64,000 nucleotides of DNA, from NCBI GenBank assembly GCA_027486895.1, contig JAIXOE010000028.1, positions 25,437 through 89,436 of the forward strand, in the 5' to 3' direction. Position numbers and translations under genes: made by a program. This document shows, one piece after another, positions 60,822-64,000 of this stretch. Origin of the DNA: Sphingomonadales bacterium (GTDB taxonomy: Bacteria; Pseudomonadota; Alphaproteobacteria; Sphingomonadales; Sphingomonadaceae). The notes under the pieces are model-generated. The model searched no databases. It had not been told where the DNA came from and saw nothing but the letters and a program-made list of their open reading frames with translations. Each line of letters starts with the position of its first letter. Position 1 is the stretch's first letter.

Positions 60822-63800
60822 TTGGCACGCAAATCTTTTTTTGGAGCATCGCAATTGCAGCGCCTTGCTGTATTGACGACCGCTTCCAGCATTGCACTTT
60901 GCGCGGCACAGCCCGCTTTTGCGCAAGCTGCTGATCAGCCTGATGAGGCTGCTAAAACCGATGAAGCCGAAGACGCCATCGTCGTTAGCGGCTATAAAAA
61001 GTCTCTCGCAAACTCCCAGAGTATAAAGCGCGATTCTGACACATTTGTTGATGTGATCACTTCCGAAGATATTGGTGCGCTTCCTGATCGTTCCGTTGCA
61101 GAAGCGTTGCAGCGCGTTCCTGGCGTCAACATCTCACGTTTTGAGCAGCGCAATGACCCGGATCGTTTTTCGGTTGAAGGCTCAGGCGTTGTTATTCGCG
61201 GATTGCCATATGTGCTGTCGAACCTGAATGGCCGCGAAATCTTTTCGGCCAATGGTGGCCGGGAATTGTCGTTCAACGACGTTTCGCCTGAATTGTTGGG
61301 CCGGGTAGAGGTTTTCAAAAACTCGACCTCAGACATGTTGGAAGGCAATATCTCTGGTTCCGTCAACCTTGTGACGCGCAAGCCACTCGACAAACCCGGC
61401 TTTCATGTCGCTGGCGCGGTTGAGGGCAACTATGGCGATATGGCGAAAAAGTGGTCGCCGGGCTTTTCCATTCTGGGTTCAAATACATTTGAGACAGGCA
61501 TCGGTACCTTCGGCTTGCAACTCGCGTACAGCCAATCGGAACTGGCGACCCGAACCGACGCATCGCAAATTACCGATCCTTGCTATCGTGACCGTTCACT
61601 GACTGGCCCATGTATCCGTGTACGCCCTGTCGGATCTGGCGGTTTTGGCGGTGGTACGCCTTTGAACGCGTCCAACTTTCCACCTGCAAATTCGGTTTTT
61701 GTGCCGAAAGGCGCCGGCGTTCGCACAACCGACCTGACTCGTGACCGCAATTCATTTTCGGCGGTTGGTCAATGGGAAAGCAATGACGGTCGTGCTCAAG
61801 TCACTGTCGAATATCTGCGCGCAGAGACCGCAGCGACTTTGAATGAGTTTGCGGCCCTTGCTTTGGTCAATGACGACGCGCTGTTCCCGGTACTGGCGCC
61901 AGGCACCACGGCCATCTATGATGGCAATCAGTTTGTTGCTGGTACACTGACGCAGCTGCAGCCATTCACCGGTGGCCGAGGCATTCCGACCGAATTGTTG
62001 CGCTTCCAACGCGAAGACACTGCAAAGACAGAAGATTTTTCAGCACATATCAAACTGAGCCCAACTGATCGGTTGCGTTTCAACTTTGAAGTACAGCACA
62101 TTAAATCAGACCGAACCGAAGATGGCTTTATCTCGGCGATGCAGACTTACACGGATCTGCGGATAGACAACCGCGGCAGCACACCTTTGGTCGAGTTTCT
62201 TCAACCCGGGCTCACTACGTCGCCGTCGACCTATTTCAACGATCCGAGCAAGACCTTTTACTGGTTCCTCATCGACAATCAGGTGAAAAACGAAGGCGCA
62301 TTGACCAGCATGCGCGCCGATGCCGAATATGACGTCAGCGATGAAGGCTTTATCAAAAAAGCACGTTTTGGCGCACGTTGGGGTGATCGTAACCGCGTAA
62401 CGCGTAGTTCGAACTTCTCCAACTGGGGTAACTTGGGTGCGCCTTGGACTGGACGTGGCGGCAATTGGAACTGCGGCGACTTCCAAGCCTTTGGCTGCGG
62501 TGGCGCTTATGTTCGTGATTTCCCGACGTCGGCCAATCTGCGCAACCCGTTTGGTGACAGCTTCCAACGTGGCAACGCGCCAACGCCGTTCGGCGATGGT
62601 TCCGCCTTTTTCTTTGGCGGCGACAATATGGTCGCTGACTATCTGAGCGGTGCAATCCGCAACCAAGCCAATGCAATCACAGCGTACACTTTGACGCCGA
62701 ATGCATGGTTCCCGATTTCGGCACGCACCGGCAACCTGCCGGGTGGTCCTTGGACAGCCGGCGAAATTTCGGATGTGGAAGAAGGCACATTTGGCGCTTA
62801 TGCTCGCGTCGATTTTGGAACAGACATTGGTGGAGCGACACTCAGCGGTAATGTCGGCCTGCGCTATGTCAGCACCCAAGTTAGAAGCGGTGGCTCGTTC
62901 AGCCTTCCTACGCCAGAGTTTTTTGATAACAACGGTAACCGTGATGGCATCGTCCAGTTGGCAGAAGTTCAGGGCTCTTGCGCCTTTATCTTAGCCAACA
63001 ACATCACACCGGTGCCCGGCTACTGCGGTCTGTCTCCAGCACGCCAAGCCACATACGCATCATTGTTTACAGGCGAGGTCATTTCCGACCCACTCAATAT
63101 CCGTTACACAAACTGGCTGCCCAACTTCAATGCCAAGCTAGATTTTGGCAATGGTGTCCTGGTTCGCGGTGCAATCTCGAAGGGTATATCGCGACCAGAT
63201 CTATCGGCATTCACATCGGGTGGCGGTGCATATGACAACACCAACAACCTGCGTGCCGGCGGGCTTTTGGCCACGGGTCCATTGCTTGCCATTAACACGG
63301 GCAATCGTTTCCTGCGCCCTGTCGAGTCAATGAACTACGACCTTTCGCTCGAATGGTATTGGGCAGATGTTGGCTCGTTGACCGTCTCCGGCTTCGTTAA
63401 GGATATTTCGAATATCGTTAACAGCGGCGCTATCGTACGTCCCTTTGTGACGCCGAAGGGCGTCAACACCGATATTCTGTTCAACACACCAGTGAATAGC
63501 GACGGCGGAACATTAAAGGGTGTCGAGGTCGCCTATCAGCAGGCCTATGATTTCCTACCGGGCATATTGAGCGGTTTGGGTGCAGGGCTGACATACACCT
63601 ATGTTGATGCAGGCGATTTCAACAACGCTTCGCTTGGTTCTGAACAGAGCCCGCTGTCAGGCGGTCTGCCGTTGGCCGGGGTATCGAAGCATACGATTAA
63701 CGCCGTCGGATTTTACGAAAAAGGTCCGTTGTCGTTCCGCTTGGCTTATAATTGGCGGTCTGATTTTGTGCAGACACCGCGCGACGTCATCTTCCCGTTC

Positions 63801-64000
63801 TCGCCAATTTACGGCGAAGCGACAGGCCAGCTCGACGGGTCAATATTTGTCTCTGTGACCAAGCAATTGAAACTGGGCATTCAGGGCGTAAACTTGCTCG
63901 ACGAAGTTACGCAAACATCGCAGGTTATTGACTTCAGCGGAACACGGGCAACCCGCTCGGCCTTCCGCAATGACCGGCGGTTTACCTTCTTGGCACGGTT
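60822..64000 (+). CDS. TonB-dependent receptor (last codons beyond the window)
   Basis: TTG start after a GGGAGGA SD; IVVSGYKKSL, DVITSEDIGALPDRSVAEALQRVPGV; ends at RNDRRFTFLAR. Absent from the ORF track. Confidence 0.92.
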   Translation, partial: MARKSFFGASQLQRLAVLTTASSIALCAAQPAFAQAADQPDEAAKTDEAEDAIVVSGYKKSLANSQSIKRDSDTFVDVITSEDIGALPDRSVAEALQRVPGVNISRFEQRNDPDRFSVEGSGVVIRGLPYVLSNLNGREIFSANGGRELSFNDVSPELLGRVEVFKNSTSDMLEGNISGSVNLVTRKPLDKPGFHVAGAVEGNYGDMAKKWSPGFSILGSNTFETGIGTFGLQLAYSQSELATRTDASQITDPCYRDRSLTGPCIRVRPVGSGGFGGGTPLNASNFPPANSVFVPKGAGVRTTDLTRDRNSFSAVGQWESNDGRAQVTVEYLRAETAATLNEFAALALVNDDALFPVLAPGTTAIYDGNQFVAGTLTQLQPFTGGRGIPTELLRFQREDTAKTEDFSAHIKLSPTDRLRFNFEVQHIKSDRTEDGFISAMQTYTDLRIDNRGSTPLVEFLQPGLTTSPSTYFNDPSKTFYWFLIDNQVKNEGALTSMRADAEYDVSDEGFIKKARFGARWGDRNRVTRSSNFSNWGNLGAPWTGRGGNWNCGDFQAFGCGGAYVRDFPTSANLRNPFGDSFQRGNAPTPFGDGSAFFFGGDNMVADYLSGAIRNQANAITAYTLTPNAWFPISARTGNLPGGPWTAGEISDVEEGTFGAYARVDFGTDIGGATLSGNVGLRYVSTQVRSGGSFSLPTPEFFDNNGNRDGIVQLAEVQGSCAFILANNITPVPGYCGLSPARQATYASLFTGEVISDPLNIRYTNWLPNFNAKLDFGNGVLVRGAISKGISRPDLSAFTSGGGAYDNTNNLRAGGLLATGPLLAINTGNRFLRPVESMNYDLSLEWYWADVGSLTVSGFVKDISNIVNSGAIVRPFVTPKGVNTDILFNTPVNSDGGTLKGVEVAYQQAYDFLPGILSGLGAGLTYTYVDAGDFNNASLGSEQSPLSGGLPLAGVSKHTINAVGFYEKGPLSFRLAYNWRSDFVQTPRDVIFPFSPIYGEATGQLDGSIFVSVTKQLKLGIQGVNLLDEVTQTSQVIDFSGTRATRSAFRNDRRFTFLAR

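Overview
Alphaproteobacterial chromosomal window; gene content and order look Sphingomonadaceae-like (inference). Left (1-21.6 kb): a putative sulfur-uptake locus (TonB receptor / Rrf2 / YezD / TonB receptor / TauE), rplY-pth-(FlaR-like)-ychF, a small CxxC/polyproline ORF ahead of a His/Met-rich outer-membrane protein, an internally deleted M28 peptidase, an esterase, mutL and mreBCD-mrdA-rodA. Middle (21652-48482): a ~26.8 kb integrative mobilizable element in the 3' end of tRNA-Lys(CTT). It has a 17-bp direct repeat at both ends, a P4-like integrase, AlpA/Xis, MOBQ TraA, oriT, TraC/D-like genes and Ssb. It carries two metal-resistance blocks: czcCBA/CDF/MerR, and a cnrYXH-like ECF system with copABCD, DUF411 and Cys-rich micropeptides. 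Right: GlcG, a sigma28-driven chemotaxis operon with a second, catalytically degenerate CheB, tRNA-Leu(CAG), and a divergent flavin-halogenase/TonB receptor pair. Best candidate novel system: three small secreted ORFs, each with a metal-binding motif about 38-41 residues before a C-terminal polyproline motif, placed directly upstream of metal-handling genes. One overlaps a hairpin that hides the downstream SD, suggesting metal-sensing ribosome-arrest leaders; another sits directly upstream of two tiny secreted metallothionein-like peptides.
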